Part shown: positions 1 to 10,804 of the stretch, in pieces | How positions within the stretch are numbered: the stretch's first letter is position 1 | Layout of the letters: each line of letters begins with the position of its first letter | Assembly: GCA_008690995.1 (NCBI GenBank) | Contig: VRMN01000001.1 | Location: 1,178,001 to 1,242,000, forward strand | Direction: 5' to 3' | Origin: Porphyridium purpureum | Taxonomy: Eukaryota | Length of the DNA stretch: 64,000 nt | Position numbers and translations under genes: made by a program | The notes under the pieces: model-generated | Databases searched by the model: none | What the model saw: the letters and a program-made list of their open reading frames with translations, nothing else | What the model was told of the DNA's origin: nothing

Positions 1-1496
1 GGTTTTTCCAATCCGCGAGCCGGGTCTCCCACGACCCAATGTGTGAGCACGAGATCCAAACTACTCTTCCCAGAAAAAAGGGGCACGCGGAGCTTGTCGT
101 CCTTCTCCACGGCAGGCTCCCTCTCTTTCTTGCTAAAGTGACTTGCGAACAGGGAGGACACTGACTTGCCTGGTTGGGACAAGGACGTTGCCTGCCCTAC
201 CATAGGCTCAGCGCGATCCTGGTCCATCATCGCAACAGACGCCGACGCCATGGCGCCTTCAGCGACCCACTTTTCATTTGAAGCGTCTCCAGGTCCTCCA
301 GGCCACATCGCTGCGGGCTCAGGCTCGCGACGAAAGGACATGGAATTAATGAGTTTCCTCGAAATGCTCGGGATCACATAATCTACGCCTTGATCATATT
401 CCATACGATCGATGTTCCCGCCTGCATGTACAGAGCCCGACTCGCACAACGTGCCAGACACATCTTCCCATGAAACATCCTTCTCGTCCTGTTGCTGCTC
501 TTGCATCTGTGGCGGTAGCTCGCGCGCCGAATCGTCAGTTGCGCGATTTCGAAACACAAAACTGCCGAAACGCACTTTCGATGGCGTTTTCTGCGCCAGT
601 GAAGGTTGTCTCTCCATGGCTAATGCCTCAGCATGATGAGGAGATTCAAAACCTTGGTTCCCATACCCCAATCGCATTGGGTCCATCGCCAGCGTGGGCG
701 ATTGCGGATGTTGCAAAGCAGGTGTAGGCGCCACCTCTTGAGCTTGAGCGTAAGCATTTGCCCGTGCCGATTCGGTGGGCAGAATAGGACGCAGCACCCG
801 GCTGGGATTAAACCGGGTCGTCGCTGCAGACTTCTGGGTCACCGAATGCGGCATCAACAAGGTTCGATCAAGAGTCGGCGGCAAATCCATCTGCTGGCGG
901 CGGCCACTTTCATCAACAGTATAGCTATCCTCGCGTTTCTGCTTGTCACCCAAATCAAGCAGTGCTTGAGCGGGCGCCAGATCCGGATTATTCCTCATCG
1001 CGTACGAGAAGCTGCGCGCGCGCGCATAATCAAGACCGTCCACGTCGGTTCCAGGGGTCATCGAGCCCATGCCATACGAGAACACTGGCGTCCGAAATCC
1101 CGGCGACGGGTACTGGTTGTGATTCCAGTTCGCATCCCTCTGGCCAGGTGTCTGCGCGGTTTGCGAGTGCGAGCCGGGAGTCATGATTCCTGTGGACAGA
1201 TGCGACGCGGCGCGCGGCGTGAAGGTGAATGTCCGGAGGAACGGTTCTGGTTCCATGAACGCCAACGACGCTTGACTATTCGGGGGCGACGGATGCAGAG
1301 GCATTCCGGCCTGGTGCGCCTCATCCAAATTGGCCATGTCAAGCGCCGCAAACTTATCTTCCATGTCCATTGCGCTGTCCGCTAGCAGGCCGTCCATCTC
1401 GACCAAGTCGTCGTCCATGCTGCTCTGCGAAGTGCCGTGCGGCGGCGTCACGTTTGACAGCTCCCGCACGCGCGGAAGTAACGGGTATAGTTTCAT
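1..1496 (-). CDS. Hypothetical protein, 3'-truncated at the window edge; low-complexity N-terminal region, possible GCR1_C-like DNA-binding motif starting at the edge
   Basis: Missing from the ORF track because there is no stop in the window. Manual translation from ATG at 1496 (MKLYPLLPRV...) stays open to base 1 and ends ...SSLDLVLTHWVVGDPARGLEK. An in-frame stop lies upstream near 1650. Confidence 0.75.
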   Translation of the reverse strand, partial: MKLYPLLPRVRELSNVTPPHGTSQSSMDDDLVEMDGLLADSAMDMEDKFAALDMANLDEAHQAGMPLHPSPPNSQASLAFMEPEPFLRTFTFTPRAASHLSTGIMTPGSHSQTAQTPGQRDANWNHNQYPSPGFRTPVFSYGMGSMTPGTDVDGLDYARARSFSYAMRNNPDLAPAQALLDLGDKQKREDSYTVDESGRRQQMDLPPTLDRTLLMPHSVTQKSAATTRFNPSRVLRPILPTESARANAYAQAQEVAPTPALQHPQSPTLAMDPMRLGYGNQGFESPHHAEALAMERQPSLAQKTPSKVRFGSFVFRNRATDDSARELPPQMQEQQQDEKDVSWEDVSGTLCESGSVHAGGNIDRMEYDQGVDYVIPSISRKLINSMSFRREPEPAAMWPGGPGDASNEKWVAEGAMASASVAMMDQDRAEPMVGQATSLSQPGKSVSSLFASHFSKKEREPAVEKDDKLRVPLFSGKSSLDLVLTHWVVGDPARGLEK

Positions 1497-1894
1497 GTGC
1501 ACCCTCCCGCCCGCTTCTTCCCGGTGTGACGCAGTGGCGCAATTCCACCACTGCCGCTGCGGAGTTTCCAGCCTCGCCGCCGCTGTTCGAGCGCCGCGCT
1601 CCAATGGCCGCACGCGTGCTTTCGAGCACGTTGCTTTGCGGCACACTCTTTATACGCTCTCGCAATTCTCCGGGTTCTGCCGTTCAATCGCGTCGCTGGA
1701 AAGCTTATTATCGTACCGCTTTCCGTCTGCTTTACTCAAGACACACCCCCAAGAAACCCACCGCGACGTCGTGAGACATTGAGGCGTTCGTCGAGTCTTC
1801 TACCGTCCTCCTTCTCTCCCCATCTACCTCGACAACAACCGCTTCACACACAAACACATACAGACAGACGGACCACACGAACGCGCTCCGCAAA

Positions 1895-1926
1895 AACACA
1901 CACAAACACACACACACACACACACA
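1895..1926. repeat. (CA)n microsatellite in the divergent intergenic region
   Basis: acacacacaaacacacacacacacacacacag. Confidence 0.85.
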
Positions 1927-2267
1927 GTACACGTCGTGCGGGTATTAGTTTTGTGCGTGGCGGCGTTCGTGCGCCACCCGAAATCACGCGCTCCGGGTTC
2001 GTGCGTCCAGTTTCAGTGGGGGGGGGGGGTACAGCCACTGCGGCTCGTGCTAAATTTAAACATGAGGTACACTTCGTGCGCGCTCCATCTGTGAAGCGTG
2101 TAAGCAGGTGAGCGGTACACTTGGAGTGTACCGCCGCAGATCCCATTGGGAGTGTGTGTGACTGGCGCGATCGAGCGCACGCGTTACGGAAAACGCTCGT
2201 GGTGGAACGAAACTGTGACGCAGCTGAGCTGCGGGGGTTTGACTCAGGCGACATGGAGCGACGGTAA

Positions 2268-2271
<4 letters not shown>

Positions 2272-2298
<27 letters not shown>
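2272..2298 (+). repeat. (GA)n microsatellite immediately upstream of the TBC gene start
   Basis: About 13 GA units abutting the ATG at 2300. Confidence 0.9.
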
Positions 2299-2299
<1 letters not shown>

Positions 2300-2302
<3 letters not shown>

Positions 2303-5263
2303 CGGCAGTGTTCGATGAATGGCGAGAGTGCAAAGGCGGTGGGTCCGGGCGCGCATGCGACAGGCAGTGGGTGGAGCCGCGCGGCGCAGCAGGGTGCGAC
2401 AAGAGTGCCGTTGAAGGTGCTGTGTGAGGTGGCAGAGAACGTGTTCTGCGTGCAACGGCATGACGGTGGCGTGGAGAGTATAGCGAGTGGCACCTTCCAG
2501 GTCGCGCTCGTTCAGAGCGGCGCGCTGGAGCAAACGGGAAGCTCTGCAAACGACACAGGCAGTAGCAGCAGTGGTGGCGCTGGTGTCTTGGCGGCGTACT
2601 TTCAGCGTGTGCGCACGCATGCTATTCTGCGATGGGTCCCGGAGCGCTGCGTGGATGCCATGGATAGAAGCGCGTGTACTTGTGGCGCTGCCGAACATGT
2701 GATACAACAGGCATTTGCGGATGACATTCTGACCATCAGGCGCTCGTCGTCTCCGGACATGATCCGCTTCGCGTTGGCCGGGTCGCGCATCTTTCTCGAG
2801 TTGCGCGTCGGCGGCGGACACCATGTGCTCGACTTGATTATCAACACACTCGCCCCAAAGTACGTCGAGTTGAAGCAAGCCAAAGAAGACCCTGGTCTCT
2901 GGTATGCTGAACGATTACAAGTTTCGCTTCTGAACCTTTCTACATTTTTGCTAGACTGGGTCGATATGAGTACCAGCGCGCTGCAGAACGACGAGCCTTC
3001 TACAAGCTCCAGACTGAGCAATATCCCTGCATCTATTGGTGAATCTGGCTCTGGCTATGTCTCCGGCTCTGACTTTGATTCGGTCGATGGCTCTGGCTGC
3101 AACCATGATACAGACGGTGATGAGCCCGACACAGAAATTAGGACGCGGCGCAAAGTTGAAGAGCAACATAGAGACATTGACCACGGTGCATCAGCAGTAT
3201 CGTTTAGCAGCATGCCTGGTGTCAAAGGTTGTGTCTCTGATGAAGTGGGAAGGGAAAATATGGGACATAATTTGCAGGTGATCGAGACACATGATAGAAA
3301 TGAACACCGACAAAACGTACAGAAGGCACAGCCGCAAAGTTTTGTCGAGATTGTCGAACCGCCACGCGCATTGAGTATTGAGCGAAGCCTGACATCCGCC
3401 CTGACAGACAGCCTGACGCGTAGCTGGTTTGCGACCACGCTTCAGCATCAAGCGTCGCGAGTGGAGCGCGCACTCACCCGCACTCAGTTGGAACTCACGT
3501 ACGCGTTGGAGGAGATTGACCGCAACCCGTCCGCTCTCTTCAATCTGAAGCGCCTCACTCGAGAGGATCTCCTTGAGCTGGAGGACATGCGAAAGGAAGA
3601 GGAAGAAGAGCGGAACACGCATGCCGCGAAGTCTTCCTCAGCAGAGAATGGACTGCCCGGGTGCGCATCGCCGAGCAAAATTATTCACGAGAAGGCAAGG
3701 AGCCGGAGCCGCTCATCCGTGAAATATCATTGCATCTGTGGAAGATGCAATCAGGAGCACTCGTCCGTTGGTGATGAAAGTGAAAAGCATCCCCCGGTAC
3801 TGTGCATTTCAAAACGTGGCGTGGCCGTGACAGATGAGGCTTGGGTTTCGTCTTGCTGGACGAGTTCCGGGCAGTTGGTTGACCCGACTGCAATGCGATA
3901 CGCAGTGTTTTGTGGTGGCTTGCGCGACGCTGCTGTGCGGAAAAGGGCATGGCCGCTTCTTCTGAACGTGTTTGACTGGAGCAGTAGTACGAGTGAACGC
4001 GAAGAGAAACTTGTGCTCCTGCGTATGACGTACTTTTCCCTGGTGAATCATTGGCGCCGTGTTTTCGCGGATGTATCAGAGGCGGAGGACGGTAGCTCCC
4101 CGAATCTCTGTAACTTCAAGATCAAGCAGCCAGGCTTCCAAATCGATATTGAGAAATGCGCTGACTTTGAGGACGACGATGATGATGACAACTATCACCC
4201 TGCAAGTGGAAGCGTCAGGCAGGGTAGTATCGGCACAAGTGACGATCGAATGAAAGAAGCCGGTCCGATGATGAGCCAAGAACAGTTGGACGCCCTTTTT
4301 GAGAATCGGTTACGGGTTGAGAATGACGTGGTTCGGACCGATCGACACTTGGAGCTGTTTGAAGGTAGCAACAATCCGCGCATGAGCATGATGGTGCGTA
4401 TCCTAATGACATACGCCTTGCGGAACATGTCCGTGGGCTATGCTCAAGGTATGAGTGACTTGCTGGCCGTGATACTGTGGGTCTTTGCCGATGAGGAAGG
4501 CCCAGGAAAATCTGCCACAGGAGCGGCGAGCCTTCACTTGCCATGGAGAAGAGGAGACATTGAAGTAATGTCATTCTGGTGCTTCGCAGGTCTCATGGAA
4601 CGCTTCGAGTCAAACTTCCGTGATGATCAGGTCGGGATCCACACGCAGCTGAATCAGATCGCGCAGGTGATGCAAGCCGCCGATGGGGAGCTTTTTAATT
4701 TTTTTCAGGTGTGCGACCCGCAATTTCATTGCTGCTTTCGGTGGATGCTTGTACAATTCAAGCGCGAACTGGACATCCAAGACTTGGCACGTTTGTGGGA
4801 GGTGCAGTGGATTGATTGGATTTGTCCCGGTAACTTGCACATTTACGTGGCTGTCGCCATACTTATCGCGCACCGCTCTCAAATTCTCAGTTTGCCTTGC
4901 AAGTTTGATGCTGTTCTTCGATTCGTCAACTCGCTTTCGCACGGTGCTATTGTGGTTGACGACTCAATCGACGACGCCATACGCTTACATGCTCGAGTGG
5001 GTGACAAGCACGTTGTACAGAGCGAGAGCGACGCCAATCCTTTCCACACACCCCGTCTCAGCAAACGGCCAAACTCCGCGCGCGCTCAGCACGGAAACGA
5101 TACGCTCGCATCGGATGAAACGAGCGGTGATGAGACTGTGGGCACTAGCCTTGTGGGTGAATTAGGGAACTTGTTCAGTGCGGGATCGTCCTTTCTTAAC
5201 AGCTTTCTTTTTGCCGATGATGAACATCCAACAACATCGGAGACTTCCACAGCACTAAGATAA
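2300..5263 (+). CDS. TBC-domain Rab GTPase-activating protein (Gyp7/TBC1D15-17-like)
   Basis: 987-aa ORF with RKRAWPLLL, arginine finger NDVVRTDR, glutamine finger GYAQGMSDL, SFWCF and CFRWMLVQFKREL. The start could be 2315. Confidence 0.9.
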
Positions 5264-5547
5264 ACCCAGCATTACGCACATTGCGGCAAAGAGGGCATCT
5301 AATTTCAGAACGATGCTTCGATTAGGTGATCTCATAGCGCAACTCTCTGGGAACTTCTCAAGGGCAGCGCTGTGCTCGCAGGGAGAACAAAATAGCCGCC
5401 ACGTGCATGTTGGATTCCGTGCGCCTCCGGGACTTGCGAGAAACTCTGAGTATGAAGTGATTGCGCATCATTCTGGATACCAGCACGGCAGAGCTTCACA
5501 AGCAAATGACAAATCGCACCGAATCAGGTGAACGATCAGGATGGCAC

Positions 5548-6870
5548 TTACATGATGATCTGATCGTTCACGAGAACCGTCACGGACGATGCAGGTATCA
5601 CTCCCGAGTCGGTGATCACTGCATCAATGAGGTCGATGGGAGTAAGGTCATACATAAGGTTCAGCATGCGCAGGTTGGCTGTATCCTTGGCTTCACTCCA
5701 GCCTTCGGTCAAATGAAACTCCGGGTTCTGCATGTTCTTGGGAAGTAGCAGCTCTTCAGCGTTGCCCAGCTCGTTGTAGCAAAGAGCGTCGAGTTGCACG
5801 CGATCTGCAAACTTGATCGATTCACTGAGCACAATGAAAGGAATGTGCTGCGTCTTCGCGAGAGCCGCAATTGCCGCTGTCCCGATACGGGACAGCACTG
5901 CGCCATTACTCATGATGCCGTGCGCTCCCACCAGAATCTTTGTCACCGCTGGAAGCAGGTAGCTCACCGCATTCATCAGCCCATACTCCACCGGCACGTC
6001 TCGCTCGCTCAGCTGTTCGGCTAGGAAGAGCCCTCCCGCGTGCGGCCGCGACTCGATGACGACGACTCTGAATGATTTGGTGCGGGCAGCTGTGCACAGC
6101 ACTTGTTCGACCAAGTATCCGCCGCGACCAATAACCATAATTACGTCGTCTTCCTCAACGGCGCGGTCTGCGCCTGTCTGGATGATTGTTCTTTGCGGAA
6201 GGAGCAGTTTTGCATTCAGATAGTCTTGCATGGACGCGACAAGCCTTTCCTTGGCTTCGTGCTCGGAAATATCTGGAGACATGGCTGAAATGAGAGCGCG
6301 CAGGTGACGCACAAAGTTTCCCATCGGCAGTGCCATGGCGCGGCAATCGATCACGAATTGAACGCACTGCTTGATGCGCTTGTCCAGTTCACGTCTGACG
6401 TCCATCGTTTCCAGCTCGTGCGACGGGTTTTCTGCGTTCATGACCATATCTCTCGCCACGGCGGGGGAGGAAGAAGTCACAGACAATAACATTGCGCTTG
6501 GAGTAGCATCTCCGACGCCGCGGGCGGCGGCGCGACTCGAGCTGCCATGCTGGAGCGTAAAGTCCTTCACGACTTCAATACATGCCTCGACCAAAGCGAC
6601 TGTGCGGGCCGAGGCGCCCTGTATGTACCCTGTGGCATACTGCGCACCCAACTTGGTGATTGCGCGATGCACGTCCTGCGACTGCAAGCCCGCGACCGCG
6701 CCCGAGTGCGCCTCATACTGCGGCAGGTGCGACAGAAATGGCACCACGCGAGCCGCCTCCTCGCGCTTCACGATCTGCGACTTGCGCTGCTTCGCCTTTG
6801 TCCCCGGATCATCATACTGCGGCCGCACATCCTCACCGCCATCCTTCCGCCGCCCCTTGTCCTTCACCAT
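5548..6870 (-). CDS. EIF2B4: Translation initiation factor eIF2B delta subunit
   Basis: FLSHLPQY, VVVIESRP, GAHGIMSNGAVLSRIGTA, SESIKFADRVQLDA, LNLMYDLTP and GVIPASSV motifs. Probable start MVKDK at 6870; the ORF is open to 6978. Confidence 0.92.
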   Translation of the reverse strand: MVKDKGRRKDGGEDVRPQYDDPGTKAKQRKSQIVKREEAARVVPFLSHLPQYEAHSGAVAGLQSQDVHRAITKLGAQYATGYIQGASARTVALVEACIEVVKDFTLQHGSSSRAAARGVGDATPSAMLLSVTSSSPAVARDMVMNAENPSHELETMDVRRELDKRIKQCVQFVIDCRAMALPMGNFVRHLRALISAMSPDISEHEAKERLVASMQDYLNAKLLLPQRTIIQTGADRAVEEDDVIMVIGRGGYLVEQVLCTAARTKSFRVVVIESRPHAGGLFLAEQLSERDVPVEYGLMNAVSYLLPAVTKILVGAHGIMSNGAVLSRIGTAAIAALAKTQHIPFIVLSESIKFADRVQLDALCYNELGNAEELLLPKNMQNPEFHLTEGWSEAKDTANLRMLNLMYDLTPIDLIDAVITDSGVIPASSVTVLVNDQIIM

Positions 6871-7210
6871 CGTCAGCCTGCATCCGTCCTTCCCGTCTCC
6901 CCGACAAGCACGTCTGACTCGTCCACCCACACCGATTCCTGCGTGATGCGCACATCCGTCATAACCCCTAATTTTCATGACAGGTATAGTACAGTACTTT
7001 TTCTTTTTTAATCATCTTTTTCTACCTTTTTTCATCTTCAACGAGTTGTCATACGGCGAGTGTGTCTTACCAGGAGAGAGCTTGCCCAGAGGCACAGTGT
7101 GTGAGAGCGCAGGCTTTCTGGGGAGTGAGGGGCTGGCGAGGACGAAGAGAAAGGGCGACCGAAGGGAAGGACGTGACGACGTGGAGGCTTGATTGGACGT
7201 GGAGCAAACG

Positions 7211-7660
7211 ATGGCGTCCCTCGCTCGATTCTCGCGAGCCGCGGTGGCGATGGCGGCGCACCGACGCGCATGCACGCGCGGGATTTTTGTGACGGCGCTC
7301 GACGGCCCCGTGGACACGTCCAAGGAGGAGTTCAAGTCGTTTGTGCCGGACGACCCCAAGTCGTTCCTGTACATCACGACTCTGAACACAAAGGCATTCT
7401 ACAACAATCCTGAATCCGTGATTCGTCTTTCCCAGGAGGAGAAGGACGAGGCCGTGGAAAACATGGTGCGCGTCATGACCAAGGATCGCCACTCCTTGTT
7501 TACAGAAGATCAAATTCGAAACCTCGTCAAGTTCAAGGATGAGTACAAAGTCAAGGAGATTCCCAATGCCTGTGCTGATGAGCCGATCTTCGACCAAGAT
7601 CCCATCCCGGGCTTTCTCAAGGACACCGACAAGCCGAAGACGGAGGCGCCAAAGGTGTAG
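7211..7660 (+). CDS. Small hypothetical protein with probable mitochondrial presequence
   Basis: MASLARFSRAAVAMAAHRRACTRG is Arg/Ala-rich and acid-free. Strong C/G third-position codon bias. Confidence 0.75.
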   Translation: MASLARFSRAAVAMAAHRRACTRGIFVTALDGPVDTSKEEFKSFVPDDPKSFLYITTLNTKAFYNNPESVIRLSQEEKDEAVENMVRVMTKDRHSLFTEDQIRNLVKFKDEYKVKEIPNACADEPIFDQDPIPGFLKDTDKPKTEAPKV

Positions 7661-7932
7661 AGCTGCTCTCGCTTTGATGCTCCCTGAATGCCCCAGTGTT
7701 GGTCGTCGTTCTTTTGCTCGCTAGTTTTACGTGATGCAGACCAAAGTGAACTTCTTTATATAAAGTTGAAAGAATCTTTCGATTACGTCGCTGCTGATGC
7801 GAGCTTGCGCCAGGTTAGAGGCACGCATCCAAACCGGCACTAGGGCGTCTGACAGCGTGTGCCTGCAAAAGACCGCGATTCAGCACTCCAAAGAGTGTAC
7901 GAAAGCGTAACACGCAAGGATATACGAGAGTG

Positions 7933-8727
7933 CTACGTGGCCATGCCTCCATCAATGCGAATATCTGAACCAGTCATGTAGCCACCAGCCTCCGACGCCA
8001 AGAAAATAACGGCCCCACAAAGCTCAGACGGCACTCCCATGCGCTGCTGAGGGACCACTGCCATGAGCGCGGTATGCGCCTTTTCGTCTTCAAACTTGGC
8101 GTTCATCGCCGTCTGGAATGGACCCGGGCTGATGCAGTTTACCCTCACATTGGTCTGTGCCAGGTCCAGGGCCAAGCTCTTTGTCCACATTAGCAAGCCT
8201 CCCTTTGTGGCAGAGTACAGGACATTCTTCGCACTTCCAATGTGGCTGAGCACGCTGGTCATATTGATAATGCGCCCACTTGGCGCCTGTTTGAGAAGGG
8301 GCAGGGCGGCCTTGGTAACATTGAACACGCCAGTCAGGTTGGTGCTCATGAGCAAGTCCCACTGATCGAGCTGATTCTCAAACGAATCCTCATCTAGATT
8401 GACTCCGGCATTGTTCACCAAAATGTCGATGCGCCCGTACTTCTGCTCAACTTTCTCAACCAGCGCAGCAGCTTGGGCCATATCCTTCATATCCCCAGCG
8501 ATAGGAAACAGTTCTGCATCGGCCCCCAATACAGCCTTTCCTTGAAGTCGCTCGAGCGCAGCAGCCGCCGCCTTTTCGGTACGTTCCTGGTACCTTCCAT
8601 TAATGATCACCTTTGCGCCCGCGCAATACAATGCCTCCGCCATTGCTTCGCCGAGGCCACCCGTCGATCCTGTCACGATCGCGACGCGGCCGCGCAGGCC
8701 GAAGAGTTCATCCAGGTACGATCCCAT
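7933..8727 (-). CDS. Classical short-chain dehydrogenase/reductase (gluconate 5-dehydrogenase/KduD-like)
   Basis: TGSTGGLG, NNAG, YSATK, VRVNCISPG, YMTGSDIRIDGG. Confidence 0.92.
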   Translation of the reverse strand: MGSYLDELFGLRGRVAIVTGSTGGLGEAMAEALYCAGAKVIINGRYQERTEKAAAAALERLQGKAVLGADAELFPIAGDMKDMAQAAALVEKVEQKYGRIDILVNNAGVNLDEDSFENQLDQWDLLMSTNLTGVFNVTKAALPLLKQAPSGRIINMTSVLSHIGSAKNVLYSATKGGLLMWTKSLALDLAQTNVRVNCISPGPFQTAMNAKFEDEKAHTALMAVVPQQRMGVPSELCGAVIFLASEAGGYMTGSDIRIDGGMAT

Positions 8728-8969
8728 TCTGTCGCAAAGAAATCAAGAGCGGCTTGGCGTTCGACCTTTCACCTCTTGCCAGATCCAAAGCGGTGCTCGA
8801 ACATTTGCGCAGCTTCTTGTATGCGAGTTTCCAACCGCACACGTCGGCATGCTTTCTTCCACCTGGAGTGAGAGTTAAACTTCGTGGTCGTTTGGTCGAA
8901 AGCTGGTATCGGTTTCGAGCTTTGAACCGTTTATTCCGTATCGTCTTGCGTTTGTTCAAGGTGCGGCGT

Positions 8970-9386
8970 CTACGTCTGCGATTTTAGTTCTCCGATGTAG
9001 TAGTCTGCAATCATGCGCTTGACGTTCTCCCCATGCTGCGGACCATGAAATCCTTCTGTCGAGTCTGCGCCGGCGTTGCGCAAAATCGCATCGCCGCCCG
9101 GATGCTGGATGACGTAAGGCGTGAAGTCATACACCTTGCCATCGATGACGAGCCACAGATCATTCTCATCACAGTGCTCCCGCACCTCCGCGGCAGAGTA
9201 CTCAGCGCCAATCGGTTTGGTTCGGCCTTTGCCAACCGGCCTGTCATTCAAGCTACCGGGCCCTGTCGCCTTTGAACTCGAGGTGTGAGCGCCTGTATCG
9301 TACGCCCCTCCCCTTCCTAGCGTCCGCAGCGCTACAAGCATCAGCAGAAGCGTCACAAGCCCAGCTAGAAGTACGGAACTTTCCAT
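8970..9386 (-). CDS. Cytochrome b5-domain protein with N-terminal membrane anchor
   Basis: WLVIDGKVYDFTPY..HPGG...GADSTEGF..QH, preceded by a hydrophobic N-terminal helix. Confidence 0.92.
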   Translation of the reverse strand: MESSVLLAGLVTLLLMLVALRTLGRGGAYDTGAHTSSSKATGPGSLNDRPVGKGRTKPIGAEYSAAEVREHCDENDLWLVIDGKVYDFTPYVIQHPGGDAILRNAGADSTEGFHGPQHGENVKRMIADYYIGELKSQT

Positions 9387-9574
9387 GTTAGCCGGGCGTC
9401 TGCGCTTTGTTCGCGCTCACACACTCCTACCTGCCCAAAACCAGGAAGACGCTAACTTCCGCAGCACCAGCCAACCTGTACAGCGTGCTGTCCAAACGAC
9501 GCCGTTTCGCCAGTAGTATGACCTCCGGAGTTGGGTGAGAGTTGGGAGTGGGAGTTCGCAAAACAAAGAAAACT

Positions 9575-10390
9575 ATGGTCGCGTGGGTCGTTCCCGGGCC
9601 TTGCGGCGAGGCGCTCGAGCTCCGGTCGCGCTGGCAGTGCAGGCAGAGGCAAAGATGTCACACGCCGCGGGTTGCGCTTTGCTCAGAACCTCACGTGAAT
9701 CGGGAGCAAATCCCGCAGAGCCCGGACGCGGTGCTGCGCGCCTACCTGAAGTCGCGCAAAGTATTATCCTCTTTGCCGGCGCAGACACAGTATCAGCGAC
9801 ACGAGCAGCACAACGTGGAACGCTGCAAACCAAAGCACGAACCCCTATCCGTGTTGTTCGTGTCAAATTACGGGCACCGCGCCGTATATGCGCAGCAAAG
9901 TGTGAACAGATTACTGCAACAAGTTGCACTCACCAGTCATGTTGTATGCGAGAGCGCATTCCTGGAGAGCGTGCAATTCAGTGGCGGACTCCGCATGAGC
10001 GTTGCGCACTCGCCTATCCCGCTCAGTCTGATCAGTGCTGCCAAGCAAAGAGGGCTGCAGCTGGACGCTTTTCACAATACTGTGACCTCGTTCCTTCCAG
10101 ACTCGCATTTAAACTTGTACGACCTCGTGGTGGCTCTGGACCAGAACGTGCGGGAGAAAATACGACGGCGCTGTGGCGGTGCGGACAGTGTGGATGTGCG
10201 TGGAAACGTGCGATTGTTGTGCGATATTTCTGGGAAAAAGACGGTGACTGGTCGTAATTTCGCTGCTCTGCGTGACATTCAGCCTCTTCAGGGCAACGCT
10301 CATAATCATGACCGCACGCTGAGCGCCATTGATGAGTATTGCGCTCAGCTGATTCAGCTCGTGCTGCTGTCGAATGCAGACGACGACTGA
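9575..10390 (+). CDS. Plastid-targeted LMW protein tyrosine phosphatase-like protein with degenerate active site
   Basis: MVAWV transit-like start. VLFVSNYGHRAVYAQ sits in place of VLFVCxxNxCRS; also CESA, YDLVVALD and VRLL motifs. Confidence 0.7.
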   Translation: MVAWVVPGPCGEALELRSRWQCRQRQRCHTPRVALCSEPHVNREQIPQSPDAVLRAYLKSRKVLSSLPAQTQYQRHEQHNVERCKPKHEPLSVLFVSNYGHRAVYAQQSVNRLLQQVALTSHVVCESAFLESVQFSGGLRMSVAHSPIPLSLISAAKQRGLQLDAFHNTVTSFLPDSHLNLYDLVVALDQNVREKIRRRCGGADSVDVRGNVRLLCDISGKKTVTGRNFAALRDIQPLQGNAHNHDRTLSAIDEYCAQLIQLVLLSNADDD

Positions 10391-10804
10391 GCAGTCTTCG
10401 AGCTCTCGCCAGCGCGCCAGGCTTTCTCATCGCCGGCGACTTGAGCAGAGCAGCGCACACGGGAGCTGGAGATGGCTCCAAGTCCTTGACGTTGGGCGAG
10501 CGCAATGTGTATCGATACGTGCTTCATGCAGTCTAGTAAAAGCGACTCATTTTTGCTGGACACTTCGAACTACTAATCAAACCGGCGTGTTTTATGATCT
10601 TAGCTAAGGGGACGCGCCTTTTTCTTTGGACGGGTTGTTTTTGAAAAGGAGGGGGGCCGTGGTCGGTTCATTTTTTTAAGAACAGAAAACTGGGGCGCGG
10701 CGTGAAGAAAGGGGAGATTTCTCACGTTAGTTTGGCGCGGTGGACGTGAAAGAAGAGGTGAAAATAACGCGCTGCGTTCACGCGATTGTTAAAGCCACTT
10801 CGGA

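Noticed and set aside
633..1385. 250-aa plus-strand ORF
   Set aside because: Arg-rich antisense shadow of the long minus-strand ORF at 1-1496.
1844..2878. 344-aa minus-strand ORF
   Set aside because: It overlaps the TBC gene and runs through microsatellites (LSLSLS, VCVC); not protein-like.
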